Source: Octopus vulgaris (taxonomy: Eukaryota). From it: a stretch of 64,000 nucleotides of DNA. Under the pieces are notes generated by a model. The model was not told where the DNA came from and ran no database searches. It saw only the letters and a list, made by a program, of their open reading frames with translations. The stretch is from positions 54,622,001 through 54,686,000 of the forward strand of contig OX597815.1 in assembly GCA_951406725.2 (NCBI GenBank), given 5' to 3'. The position numbers and the translations under genes are program-made. Of this stretch, positions 1 to 13,385 are shown piece by piece (the stretch's first letter is position 1; each line of letters opens with the position of its first letter).

Positions 1-2390
1 ACTCTTCTATAACATTCCTTCCTAACCTTCTCTTTCATGCTTGCATGCTGGATACCAGGGCTTTCATTTATTCCTAGGTATTCATAGGTTTGTTCCTGCT
101 CAAGTTCCTTTATTACTGTTTCGACATCTAATTCGATTGAACTAGACTTTACCAATTTCCTTTTCTTAAAAGTGGCTTTGGCACACTTTTCAAGGCCAAA
201 CTTCATCCCGATATCATCACTGAATCCTTTCACAGTATGTAATAATCCTTCAAGCTCTTCATCATCTTTGCCATATGGTTTTAAATCATCCATATAAATA
301 AGATGGCTTATTTTCCTGTTGTCAATTTTGTAGCCATATCCTGTTCTATTTAGTTCACTTGCGAGTGGTATTAGTGCTATGCAGAAAATTAGTGGTGAAA
401 ATGAGTCACCCTGGAAAATGCCACAGTTTATGCTAATATTGTTTGAGCGCAATACTCCATTAGAATGATACAATTGGAGCTTCGTGTTCCATAGTGACAT
501 ATTATACTTTAAAAAATCTGAAATCACAGGAAATATTTTGAAAATGTCCAGCGATTTCAGAATCCACGAATGCGGTATGCTGTCAAAGGCTTTTTTATAA
601 TCAATCCATGAAGTGCTGAGATTCCTGCGCTTGTTATGGCAGTTCTCAAGGATCATGCGATTAATTAGGAGCTGATTTTTGCATCCGTATGAACCTCGTC
701 TGCATTCTTTTTGTTCAGTGGGAAAGAGGTTACTCTCTTCCATAAACGTATATATTTTCTCTACTAGAATAGATGTCAAAAGCTTATAGGTAGTAGGTAA
801 ACATGTTATAGGCCGGTAGTTTTTTGGGTCTTTCGTTTTGTTATTTTGGGGGAGGAGGTAAGTAATACCATTTGCCATCCAATGGGGTGTTTTTTCCGGG
901 TCTTACATAATACTGTTAAATAGTATTACTAACATTTTGTGTGCGGACGAGAGTGATGAGAGCCAGAAATTTGGTACTCTTTCAATACCAGGGGATTTCC
1001 ACTTATGAGCCTTCGTTAGTGCCCTCCTTAGGTCGGCGATTGAGATGTCTTTCCATATCTGTTCTTGTAGATTTTTGTAGTCATCTTGGGTGCGTTTGAT
1101 CCAGTCTGCATTTTCATTGCATGGTTTCTCATCACTCCAGATCCCCATCCAAAAGTTTTCAACTTCTTCCATTAGAGGTGGATTTTCAATGGTTATTTTT
1201 TCTTTCCCTATTTCCCTGTAAAATGATTTGCATTGAATTTGAACATCTTATTTTGTTTGTAGAATTTGGTTCTTTTCTCAAATCTGCGTATTCTCTGAGC
1301 TTTTGCTTGAACTTTTTGTTTAAGTGTTTCTTTCGCTGACATTAGTTCTTCTTTTGTTGAGAGTTCATATTTTCTCACAATCTACCTGCCTTTTCTTGAT
1401 CCTACATCATTTCCAGAGATTAACTCAGTTAATATTGATATCTCCCTTCGCAATGATTCAATTTCAGTTTCAATTCTACTCCTCTAGTTTGATTTTCTTT
1501 TCGAATTTGGTATTGTTGGCTTTTTGGGTGTTAAACAGCGTCTTTCGATTACCTTAGCGACAGAGTAAATAATTTCATTTAATTTATTGAGATCGGGTTT
1601 TAGCTGTTGTATGATTTCTTGTGTAACGCAGTTGCCAATTTTTATTTGTGTTTTATGCTGGTGTGCATTTGAGAGTTTATGGAGTGGTTACCTATCATTG
1701 ATAGTTGTATGCCCTACAACTGCAAGCTCATTCAGAACTTCTTGCTTCATTTCAGTGATATATTTTCTGTGTTGTTCAATAAACATGTGGTCTTCAAATT
1801 CTGTTTCGACATCATTTTCCTGGTTGTTTTTACTAGGGTCATTATATTTTCCTTTTTCTTCAGGATCTTGAGTCGTTTCGGCAGATGGTCGCCTTTCAGT
1901 TAATGCTTGTGGCCCAACATTCCTCTCCTCAGTTTCGTTATTTCTTTCCTGACTTATATTTAGGTCATTCTCTACCACTTTTTTAATAGAGGTTAATTCT
2001 GCATCTGTGAGTCTGGTATTTCTGAAGATATCTCTTCTAACATTTGCTAATCTGTTTTCATCCAGGTTTGGTCTGCTAGTTGGATTCCGGCTCCTCCAAA
2101 TTCTGTAGGAGTTGCAGTGTGTTTCTCTTGGGTTGGCCTACTTAATGCAAAGTAATAAGCATATATTACTTCTTTATATCCTTCCCGGTTCCATTTAGTT
2201 CTTTTACTTTTTTGATTTTCTGGTCGCTGTGGTGGTGAACTTTGGGGGCTTATTTTGGGACAAATCCCGTTTAAGTGACCTTCCAGGTTCGTATTCGGGG
2301 AAGATATTCTGCTATTTGAAAATTTTTCGCCATTAAGCTGACGGGCGCGCTTCCTGTATAACCATTGGACAAGCAATTCGGTGTACTGTT
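1..2390 (-). mobile_element. Dong/R4-like non-LTR retrotransposon (5' region and RT domain), degenerate; runs off the window start
   Basis: Minus-strand translation gives RT motifs NYRPITCLPTTYK, DYKKAFDSIPHSW, IFQGDSFSPLIFCIAL and HLIYMDDLK, plus upstream WKSPGIERVPNFWL and N-terminal KRTKWNREGYKEV. There is a stop at 903-905 and several frameshifts. Confidence 0.85.
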
Positions 2391-2526
2391 AAAAATTTTC
2401 TTTTCCAGTGAAGTTAAATTATCATTAAGTTTTCATTTAAAAGATAAATAAATAAATAAATAAATAAAATTTAAAAAAATAAAAATTAACTACTAGTCTT
2501 CATACAGGGGCCTCATTTGTCATCAT

Positions 2527-2591
2527 TAGCAGCAGCCCCAGTAGTTGTAGCAGCAGCAATATCATTATCAGCAGTAGCAGCGGCAGTGGTT

Positions 2592-2649
<58 letters not shown>

Positions 2650-2835
2650 CAGCAGCAGCAGCGGTGGTAGCATCAGCAGTAGTAGCAGCAACAGCAGCAG
2701 AGGTAGCAATAGTAGTAGTAGTGACAGCAATAGCAGTGGTAGCAGCAGCAGTGGTAGCAGCAGCAGTGGTAACAGCAGCAGTAGTAGCAGCAACAGCAGC
2801 AGCAGAGTAGTGGCAGTAGTTGTAGCAGCAGTAGT

Positions 2836-2924
<89 letters not shown>

Positions 2925-2947
2925 CAGTAGTTGTAGCAGCAGCAGCC

Positions 2948-3018
<71 letters not shown>
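2527..3018. repeat. Compound trinucleotide microsatellite (GTA)n/(GCA)n, about 490 bp
   Basis: Directly visible. It accounts for the poly-L/T/V/A/Y/C ORFs in the track. Confidence 0.95.
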
Positions 3019-3019
<1 letters not shown>

Positions 3020-3597
3020 AGTGTGACTCATGTAATTTTTTTTTAAATGGGATGGGGTCCGATCGGTCAAAAAGAGGTCTACTACTACTAGCAGCGAACA
3101 GTGACATTAACCTTAAGAAAAATTGAGGAAGGACCGAGTTACTCTGTTCTGTATTATTTCTGAATAGAGAAGTTGTGTTCGACCAGAAAGAATCTATTAT
3201 TAGTATCATTATTTTTTTCCCATGTGCGTTTGTGTTAATGCAATAGAAAGTATGTTTGCATATTTCGGGTAGTCAGGGAGAAAATAAAGGTAATATTGTA
3301 GAGATTGAAGTTGACTTTTCTAGAGATGTTTGGGATCTTTTCCTTTTGATGGACGGAATTTTCTAGTTAACTAAACAATTTGAAACTTCGTATACTGGTA
3401 GAATGTGTCAAAAGAAAACATTATTGTAAACAAAATTGAAAACAAAATTGTAATTTGTAAGTTTAACGTAGTTTAATTCTTCGAATTTTAACCAATGAAA
3501 TGCCAGCATTTGAGCTGAAATCATTTGCTGCGTTATCGATATTGATAAACAAACATAGCAGACGCATATATATTCAGATACATACACACGTACACTT

Positions 3598-3621
3598 GCA
3601 CACACACACACACACACACTG

Positions 3622-3684
<63 letters not shown>

Positions 3685-4127
3685 CACATGCATATACATT
3701 TGCACAAGCACATTTTAACTCAAGGGTGGGACTTAAGCAACAACAAAAACGAAATTTTGTAATGTTATTTTCCAACCCCCACCCACACGAAGAATTCCGT
3801 GTGTGTGTGCATGTTTGTATTGCGCGCGCGTGTGTGTGTGCATGTTTGTATTGCGCGCGCGTGTGTGTGTATGTGTGTGTATAAGAAAAGACATATTTAC
3901 TAACAGAAAAGTATGCTATTAAAATAAATTATCTTTTACATCCCGTTTTTAAATTACTCGCCCAAAGGAATTTCCTTACACATATGCATACACACTGTGA
4001 CACACACACACACACACACACTGAGCGTGAGCAATATACACGTACACTATATATAGATAGAAAGTTGACATTGAGAAAAGCGACAAATGAAAGAGATGAC
4101 AAAATAGAGAGCGAGAGAGAAAGAGCG

Positions 4128-4159
<32 letters not shown>

Positions 4160-4429
4160 CTCCTTTTTGTCATAGACTTCAAAATTTTAAAAATTAAGTT
4201 GAAAATTTCAAATTTCACAATAATTTCTAAACTTAAAACAAATACTAGGGTTGATTTGTTTGGCTAGAACCCTTGAAGGTACTTGCATGACCACAATTCA
4301 ATGACTGAGGCAAATAAATATAAAAGATGTGTGTGTGTCAGTGTGTGTGTGTCAGTGTGTGTGTGTCAGTGTGTGTGTGTCAGTGTGTGTGTGTCAGTGT
4401 GTGTGTGTCAGTGTGTGTGTGTGTGTGTA

Positions 4430-4467
<38 letters not shown>

Positions 4468-4640
4468 CGGGTGTGTCTGTGTATGGATGGATGGATGGAC
4501 GGTTGGATGGATGGATAGAGGAAGGGAGTGAGGGATATATGTATGTATGCACGTATATACATGCATGCATACATGCATAAATGTATGCATTCATGCATGC
4601 ATACATACATACGCACTTAGATACATACATACATACATAC
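3598..4640. repeat. Cluster of (CA)n, (CT)n/(GA)n, (GGAT)n and (CATA)n microsatellites with a TGTGTGTCAG-based minisatellite (4327-4430)
   Basis: Directly visible simple repeats separated by AT-rich spacers. Confidence 0.9.
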
Positions 4641-5295
4641 ATTTTTAATACATGCTTTTCTGAGAAACGGAATCGTGAGTAAAAGTAGTAACTGATAAAG
4701 CTTCGACTATTTACGCTTTTAAGACGATATATTTGTGTATGTATAATAAATCTGTGTACGTAAGACGGGTGTAAGACTGTTTTCAAAGGTATTGGTTTCT
4801 AGATAACACTCATTATGTATATTTCTTGTGATAGCTCAAGTGTGTTGAAGATAATGTCCATTAATACTAACTAGGATCTATCTGATAGAAAGAATAAAAT
4901 ATTTTAGAAGACTTTTAAACTAAACATTAATCAATTTGATGAACGAGTTTTCTCTGAACTTTTGAAAAGCTGTATGTAAAAAGAAATCACTTCGTATAAA
5001 ATAAATGAAAGATATTGTGAATTTAAAATGTTGATTGTTATTTATATGTTTCCTTGTGACGATAATTTCTTCCAGAAAATAACCGATAATGAATTTCATT
5101 CTCTTACGTCAAATAACATTAAAAACTGAATGTGCTGAATAAAGTAATATTGCATATTACCATCATGCCTCTTAACATAGTTGCATTAGATTATCGATAC
5201 AACGTGCCAAAGAATCACTTAGAATATATGGTTAAATAATTTCAAAAGGTCATAAAGACGCATATTTTATATTTAAATTTGTATGTGTGTGCATA

Positions 5296-6574
5296 CGAGG
5301 GGCGTTCAATAAGTAATGCCCCTGAACCACTTCCCATAGCAGTAGAGCAACGAAACTTGGCACAGTTATTAGTCTTTTTCTACATAGGAACCACCCAGAG
5401 TTACGCATTTCTCCCATTGTTTGATGCAGCTCTGGAGACCGTTTTTGTAGAAGACCCCAGATTGGTCCTCCAACCTGAACGCGACTTCAGAAATCAAGGC
5501 TGCATCATCTGGGAAACGCTTTCCTTTCAAAAACAACTTCATGACTGGGAAGAGGGGAAAATCAGAGGGTGCAAGGTCAGGAAAGTAGGGGGGATGGGGG
5601 AGGAGTTCATAGCCATACGCCTGTGCTTCTGATCTGGCGACAAGCGAGTTGTGGACCTGAGCGTTGTCCTGCAGGAGGAGGATGCCTTTGCTGATCTTGC
5701 CCCGCCTCTTGATTTTGATAACTTCTCTTAATTTCCTCAAAAGTGAAGCATAATAGGTTCCTGCAATTGTGGTACCCTTTGCCAGGAAATCTGTCATCAC
5801 TACTCCGTCCTGGTCCCAGAAGACTGTGAGCATGACCTTGCCAGCGGAGGGCTGCACCCTTGCCTTTTTTGGAGGGGGTGAGTCACGGTGCTTCCACTGC
5901 ATTGACTGGGCTTTGGTCTCTGGATCATCGTGATGGACCCAGGTTTCATCCTGTGTAATCAGTCATTTGAAAAGTTTTGACTCATCTTCTTGGCACATCT
6001 CCAAATTCACCCTCGAGCACTCGACGCGTTCTTGCTTCTGGAAAGGCGTGAGCAACCTGGGAATCCATCTGGCAGACACCTTTTGCATATGCAAATGGTC
6101 ATGAATGATAGTTTCCACAGACCCGGTACTAATCTTGACCTCATGGGCTATTTGGCGAATAGTTATGCGTCGATCTTCCAAAATGGCAGCCTCAACTTGA
6201 CGGACAGATGCCTCATCAATGGCAGAAGGAGGCGACCAAATCTGGGAGCTGTTTCCACAGAGTTCCGACCATGTTTGAATTCACGATGCCAGCGTTTTAC
6301 AAGGTCATATGATGGGGCATCATCACCATAAGTTATTTTCATTTCATCAAAAGTCTCCCGTGGTGTGCGTCCTTTCAAATACAAAAACCGGATCACTGCT
6401 CGACACTCAACAGGCTCCATTTCACACTTGACTCGGTTCAAACACCTGTAAATCAGAAACCACAATTAATTTGCCACTTGCTCTATAGAGATATTAATGA
6501 TTGCACATGCAAAATTTCAGCTCGATCAAACAACTGCAAGTGGGTCAGAGGCATTACTTATTGAACGTCCCTCG
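5296..6574 (-). mobile_element. Full-length mariner DNA transposon, 1279 bp
   Basis: Left TIR CGAGGGGCGTTCAATAAGTAATGCCCCTGAACCA matches the reverse complement of the right end CGAGGGACGTTCAATAAGTAATGCCTCTGACCCA. TA target duplication at 5294-5295 and 6575-6576. Confidence 0.95.
5369..6420 (-). pseudogene. Mariner DD34D transposase (~350 aa), disrupted
   Basis: Starts MEPVECRAV; contains WIPRLL, TQDETW and DNA-x34-D ending YFPDLAPSDF. One frameshift near 6225-6235 and an in-frame TGA at 5963-5965. Confidence 0.9.
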
Positions 6575-7116
6575 TATGTGTGTGCGTGTACCTATAAAAA
6601 TATGTACAGTAGAAAGTACCTACTGTAAGGCGAATGTAGAGGAAAATGATACATTCGCTAGATAAAACTGACATTCATGTGATGATCAAGGCTTTTAGTA
6701 AATACTATTGAGTATGTCGAGTTAAAATGAAACATGAATAGCAAGAAAAGATATAGCTACAGTCAATAAGTAATTATTCAGTAAGAAATTATTCAGCATA
6801 CACTTTCGGCTTAAATAGAACATACTGAAGCAAAAGCATACATAAGGAACAATAAGCAATCCAATCGCTATACACCTTGAGCAGCTTCCATGTATTGGTT
6901 TAAAATTTTGGCACAAGAGATAAGTTCGTTACATCGACTCCAGTGATTAACTGGTATTTATTTTATCAACCCCGTTGGAACAAATGCAAAGTCGACCTCG
7001 GCGGAATAACAGTCTCCATATATTCATTGCTTAAAATTCTTATCTACACTATTGAAGACATTTCACAAAATCAATGTAGAGTGATTCACATTGTTGTCGA
7101 TCTTCATTTCATATAT

Positions 7117-7304
7117 ATCCAGGGTGCGGGGAATCAATTATCGTCTAAACTACACAAAAATGAATATAACACTGACATCTCATTTTAACAGATATATTTA
7201 GCAAAATTACATAAAAAATCTTGAAGTACTAGAGTAAATTTATTCAGTAAAATCGCCATTGGCTTCAACCACAGCCTCCAGACGACTTCAGAATCTTTGC
7301 AACT
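7117..7304 (-). mobile_element. Terminal fragment of the Tc1/mariner element also present at 36733-37503
   Basis: Clear similarity to 36733-36925 (e.g. AACACTGACATCTCATTTTAACAGATATATT and AAAATCGCCATTGGCTTCAA). Confidence 0.75.
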
Positions 7305-8272
7305 ATACGTGAACATACATTAAGTCTGATAGAAATCACCAAAAAGCCAGAAACATGCCCGGACTTTTGAATATATATAAAGACATATTGCTATCATACA
7401 AACTCTTCAATCTGTTCTGAAGTTGGCTAGAAACCAGCTTGCCAAATATAATTTGTTGACTTTTTTTTCTGAATTATTTCCCACAATACTTTGATCGTTC
7501 AGAGACCTCACAGAAATCTGTTTCAGTATTTTATTAGTTCACTTTATTTATTCTCGGTTGAAATAAAGAATTCACTACAAACTGATCTCAATACATCAAT
7601 AATACTTATTCAAGTCTGACAAGGTTTATTTAAATCTTTATTTATATATTCTTAGTACTTGTCTCCATTATCTGCATAGTGGTGAGTGCACTATTCAATA
7701 GTATATGTTATACAACATGATTGACTACCTCGGCCTAATCTTACATTTTTATTTTATCAGTGCAGCTATGACAAAGTCAATGAATGGGTATTTCAATCAC
7801 ATTTTCGTCATTATTAATATTCTTGTTTTTCCGTGATTTTCCTATAGATTTGTACTGTTAAATCTGGTCTGGTTTTCTATCAATGTATCTCCATACATGT
7901 CCAAGTTGTGAAAAAAGTTTTTTAATTAATACGCTTTTTATAGAAATAAAACGAAAAGTAATTTCAAACTATTTTCTTCTATGTTTACTGACTTCATGTG
8001 CTTTTACGTGAGGCGGTACTCGAACATTATTGAACTATAAAGAAATGCCAGATTCAATTATTATAATCGGTAAAGTGGTTGTAAACTCAGGTTCAATAAC
8101 CGCTTGAAAGATTTCGCTGAAGTTCACCTTGGCTTTCAATTTCTACTTTTCGGCAAGAAATTATTACACTCAATAATTACTTACAATCAAAAGAAAAACA
8201 CAAAAATTTTACGGCTTACCAAACAGTATACAAAAGATTACTAGATATTTTCATTTAGTTTGTTTCTGCAAA

Positions 8273-8818
8273 TCTATCCTTGTAAGCCTTTGGATAAATT
8301 AGGAAATCTCAAACGATGTAGCCGATAACCTGTGAAATCATATCTACTCTCCACGATATAATAAAAACCATCTATTATAATAATACTCTTGTGTTTTTCT
8401 CCGTCATAACATATGAATGAGAAAGGAATGAGTGATAGATGAATAAGGAAGGAAGGTATGAAGGCAAAGTGGTTGTGGAATGATGGAAATACTACAGTAA
8501 AAACAAAATCAAACAGCATTTCAACTTTGTGTGGGTATATCTGTATGTATGTAAAAGGGATGTATGTGAATGTTTGTGTGTGTGTGCGTGTCTGTGTCCA
8601 ATGGAAATGGGATGGTGAGAAGAAAAACCAAAAGCTGAGAAGAAAAATCAAATAGCGTTTCAACTCCGTGGGAGTAGTATATGTGTGTATGCGTGTGCGT
8701 GTGCAAGGGAAGTATATTAATGTTTGTATGTGTGATTACTATGTACCTTATTTTGTACCTTACTTATATATAAAATACTACAATTAGCCGTCATTTTTGA
8801 CGGCACGGGGTCAGCTAG
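8273..8818 (+). mobile_element. Non-autonomous Helitron (probable)
   Basis: 3' hairpin GCCGTCA-TTTT-TGACGGC (8787-8804) followed by CTAG (8815-8818) then T. The candidate 5' TC after A at 8273 is tentative. Confidence 0.55.
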
Positions 8819-11800
8819 TGCATTTATAATGAATACGCGATTCAGAAGGTTGATTGGAGATAAGAAATTTATTGATGATAATGATAGTGTTGACTTTTGG
8901 CTATGTCATTTGGATGTGCTTATCATTTAAGCATAGGTATATACAATCACAAGTAGCGTGTGTGTTAAGGTTATTGCAAATATGCAATCTTATAATATTT
9001 TAGAGATATCATTTATTTTCTTTCTGTTCACAGTCAATATCGATGTTTTTAATTGTATTTCTTCGTACATATAATGCACAGGCACCCCTTCCTTCGAAGA
9101 GCAAACATATGTTCAGATCATGTAAAGACTCAAAGATGGTGTTGCCAATATAGTTCATGATTATAAAATCTCGATTACTAAAGCGGACTTCTTGGAAATA
9201 TTCTCTATGAGTTATTTGCCTTTAATGTGACACTATTGATCATAACATATCTAATTATGTTCAACGTTATAAAACCAGTTAAATAGTTGAACTATATCAT
9301 TTTTTATGAGATGTTTCTGCTTTATACCATATTTTTTGTGAGATGCAACTGACCTGTAACATTTTTATGCTTTGAATCTAAGTGCATACATGAAATATTT
9401 TAATATCGAAAAAAATTTGTGTACATACAGTAAATGAGATTTGAGAGATCGTTACATTGGCAATATTTACAGGATTTTCACTGTGGTTAGATAATTTGTT
9501 TACGTGATATTTTATTCGAAGTAGATTGAATTCATTTCTAAAACGACCTTCGCAGATTCAATATGATACGAATTACTGACTCTTTAACCAATACTCAATA
9601 TTCTAGCAGTTTCCAGACACCTTAGAAAGTATTCAAGAATTATTAAAAATAATTGTAGCATGCCCAGTGATCATCATAATGGTTATGTTGTGCAGTTTTC
9701 AGAAATCCTACTCTTATTCATATCAATGGTGAGCTAAATTTCAAAACCTAACAGATGATTTATTTATGTGTCTTTTTCACATGAATGTAGAAATGTATGT
9801 ATACAGGTACGTTTATATGTAAGTATGGATGCATCTATGCTTGTATCTAGCTACGTATGTTCGTATGCGTCTGAGAGAGAAAGACATAACGTTTAGGTTG
9901 ACATATTTGCAGTACTACTACTTCCTCTCCAGTTGATTAACAATCTCATTTATTACCTTTCCCGCACAGCATTAAAACCAAAATCCCAATACTTGATTTT
10001 TGCTATCCGAACCCCTCTAGATATTAGTGTAGTGATTCGTTTTGTTACTACAAACACATAGAAGTTTCGCTTAAAAAAAATAGTACTTTGTTGAATTCCA
10101 GAGGTGATCTTTAACCCTAGCTGTGTCTAGCGTAGAAAAGCAGGCTATTGAATTCGATACGGTTGCAAGTGATTTAGAAAAGGATAACAACTTAATTCCT
10201 TGCATTGCTGAAACTGAGTAAATATCTATTTATAGAAATGAGAAATGTTGCATTGACTTTCAGAATGTAACGTGTAGACCGTTTTAATGATTAGGTATTT
10301 CATGGTAACTTTCATAAAGATGCGATTTATAAATATAAGCGCAATTATTTTGAGCATGCATAAGTCCAAAATACTTCCTACAGCCACCTACTTCATGTCT
10401 CCACTTACGTCTATTGGCCTTCCTTTTCACCCATTCTACCTTTAAATTTCCATGCATTACAATTTGAAATGCAATATACATATCTCTCCACCCTGAAGAC
10501 GTAGGCTGGATCTATCTAATATTTATGTGTTTCCACTACTGATTGCATATCCTTGGCTTTTTGCGAATAGTATCTGCCAACATTATGACGTAATTCCGAG
10601 ACCCCAGAAACAGCTGTTGGACCTGTAATACCATACTTTATTCCCTTAATTTTCTGTGTCTTTATATTGTGTTTAAGTTTGCCCTGTTAATATATAAATA
10701 TCTATATATTTATACATGAATATTCATTGTCTGAATATTTTCAGTCTTCAGTCTCTATTTACATGTATATTTCTATGCATATTTTGTATATCTAGCCTAA
10801 GTGGTTTCATTTGTTTATTTTGCATAATTATCTCCATATTCGCTCGCCTAGATTTCTCTTATGGCCACTCTCTACCCCACAGAATTAGTCATCGGTAAAG
10901 ATTTCGGATTGTAAGATCAAATCATTTGAGCGTTGCCAAGCATTTTGTATTGAGCATCTTTGGATCTCATCTCTTGACTCTATACTCATATGTATGCATA
11001 CAAGCGCACATATTTGAACGGAAAAAACCTTAAATAATTTTAAAAGTACAAGGTATAATTTTTAAAATAAAGCATGAAATATTAGTAATTAAGCTGAGAT
11101 GAGTACTCTACGACCCTGTTCATTCAATCACTGTGTTCGTTCAATCTGTGTTCGAATTCAACCGAATGCACCAGGTATTTTAGGTATTTCATGTTGAAGG
11201 TCTAACACATTGAGGGTTCCATTCTTTAAGTACGATAGAAAGTCCTAATTTTAATTTTACAAGCAATGTACCTTTTGCACAGGATTTATAGTCTGGACAT
11301 AACCGTTTATGCGTCAATGTTATTTCTGGGAGACCGCGCCATGGCAGATACGTTATATTGTCTATTAATTGGATGTCTGATTTTCAGAGAATGATGAATT
11401 TCAGTTCATGTTCAACTTCTTCCTTTTCTTTGTTATTCTCTTGAGTTGAGATTCCACGGCCGCTTAGAAGAAATTGTTGCTTTTCACCTGTTTTCGTTGT
11501 TTTGTGTTCTGCAACCTTTGTGTGAGTAAGTATGTGTATTTTTTGTTTGTTTGTTTGTTTTCAGTGCTTCGAAAAATCACTACCGGCATCGATGAAATAT
11601 TTAACAAACACAGAAAAAGAAATAAAGAAAATATTGATAGATAAGTCTATAAGAAGTTCATTAACTATTTGTGAAATTTTATAATATTTTATTTCATAAA
11701 TTTAACAGCAAATTAAGTTGTAAATTTTCATATTAGTCGGCGATCGATTACCAATACTCCACAATTTAAATCAGTACCAAATTGATTCAGCCCCCATCTC

Positions 11801-12364
11801 ATAAAAGACAAAAGCGAACAATGTAAACGGAAGCCATATCATTCAATCCAAGGTTACAAAGGGAATGCATAGTCTGAATGCTAGAAATATAAACGTATCA
11901 AACATATAACATAAAATCTTCATATCTCACATCACCAGAAACAAATAATCTAAATAAATGCTCAGATAAACTGTACATAAATAACGAAATTCCTATATTT
12001 TCGAATAAAATTAGGAGAGAATATTATCCTGATGTAAAAAGTAACTGCGTCTCAAAAGATTTGTTAATTAAAGATGAAACATTTCTCAAATGAAAGAAGA
12101 TATCATATATAGAAATTGAACATATGAAATAAAGAATACATAACTAAAACACAAACAATGGAATTAAAAACTTAAAAGATTAAAGTTGAATACATATATA
12201 CCTAACGCGGCAAATAAGTAAATAAAAAAATATAACCCCACAAATTCAAACCATAGTATATTTGCGGAAAACTGAACAGTAAAAACCTTAGATAAAGAAT
12301 ACACACAGAAATATAAATTGTAAGTAGTGAGTAAAATGGTAAACAATTCAGCAGATAGAAACTT

Positions 12365-13224
12365 CTAGAAAAGCACTGGGAAAGCACTGAGAAAGCGCAG
12401 ACCTCCGCCAAACAGCTCATTTCCACCCATATACACGCATGCTGAAAATCACCCAATTTCCCAAACCAATGTCAGCAAAAACATAACCTCTTTGGCGGAG
12501 TTTATAAAAAATAACAGTCATATGATTTTTTTTTTAATTTAAAAACAGGAATCATCTGAAGCAGTTATAATACAATGAAACAACAATTACCTAAAGCTTG
12601 AGTGATACATACACAACAGCATGGTCGGAAAAGTAACAGTCGGTTACAGTTACTTGTGGACGCCGATTCTGGTTCACGTAAACAGGATCTAGCAGGCTTC
12701 CATAGTCGGTGGTGGGTTTTTGGGACTAGTTGGTCGAGCCCAAACTGGTTCATAGTTGTCAAGATCTCATTGTTAGAGAAATGAAGGAGATCCACGTTGA
12801 AATCACCAAGGACGATAGTAAGATGATTCCTTGGCAATGATAAAAGAGGTATCTGTCTACTTACGAAACTAAACCTACCTACCTACTTTACATCCCTCTG
12901 TGGTCAGTATAGTATCAATCTTCCCTCAAGAGTCCATATATACCCGAGTAAAATTACTAATAGAGAAACGAAAATAAAACTTTGGAAACAGCAACGCCAC
13001 TAGCAACGCCACCATAGCTTACGTAGAAACGATGAACGTGTTTTCAATGTAATACTTCATGTAAAGTAAATATAATAAATGAGAAATCCTACAAGAATCC
13101 ATAAAAATTCCCTGCAAGTTTCATCAAATACTGTTCACAACTTTTTTTGTTATTTTGCACGCAGACGGACAGATGGACAAACCAACGCCGATGAAAACAT
13201 AACCTCCTTTCTTGGCGGAGGTAA
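12365..13224 (-). mobile_element. Helentron-derived (HINE-like) element carrying an AP-endonuclease fragment
   Basis: Sub-terminal inverted motif ACCTCCGCCAA (12401) / TTGGCGGAGGT (13212). Minus-strand peptide IVLGDFNVDLL...(frameshift)...TTDYGSLLDPVY...YFSDH ends in a stop at ~12595, matching the C-terminal APE domain of Helentron Rep/Hel proteins. Confidence 0.6.
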
Positions 13225-13385
13225 TTAACAAAAGGCAAAATGCCCACATCTTGATATTAAAAATACCTGTTCCAAATCAATTTTTTTCAACTACATATTC
13301 GATTGGTATTAGCATATTGATGAATATGTTAAACTAGAATGGGGTAAAATACGTAATGTTTGAAATAATCTGAATAGAGTGGAAA

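Noticed and set aside
2500-3209. Long ORFs of poly-Leu/Thr/Val/Ala/Tyr/Cys
   Set aside because: They are translations of a trinucleotide microsatellite, with no splice or domain evidence.
11388-11525. Possible exon bounded by TTTTCAG and GTGAGT/GTAAGT
   Set aside because: All three plus-strand frames contain stops and no partner exons are identifiable. A non-coding exon cannot be excluded without RNA data.
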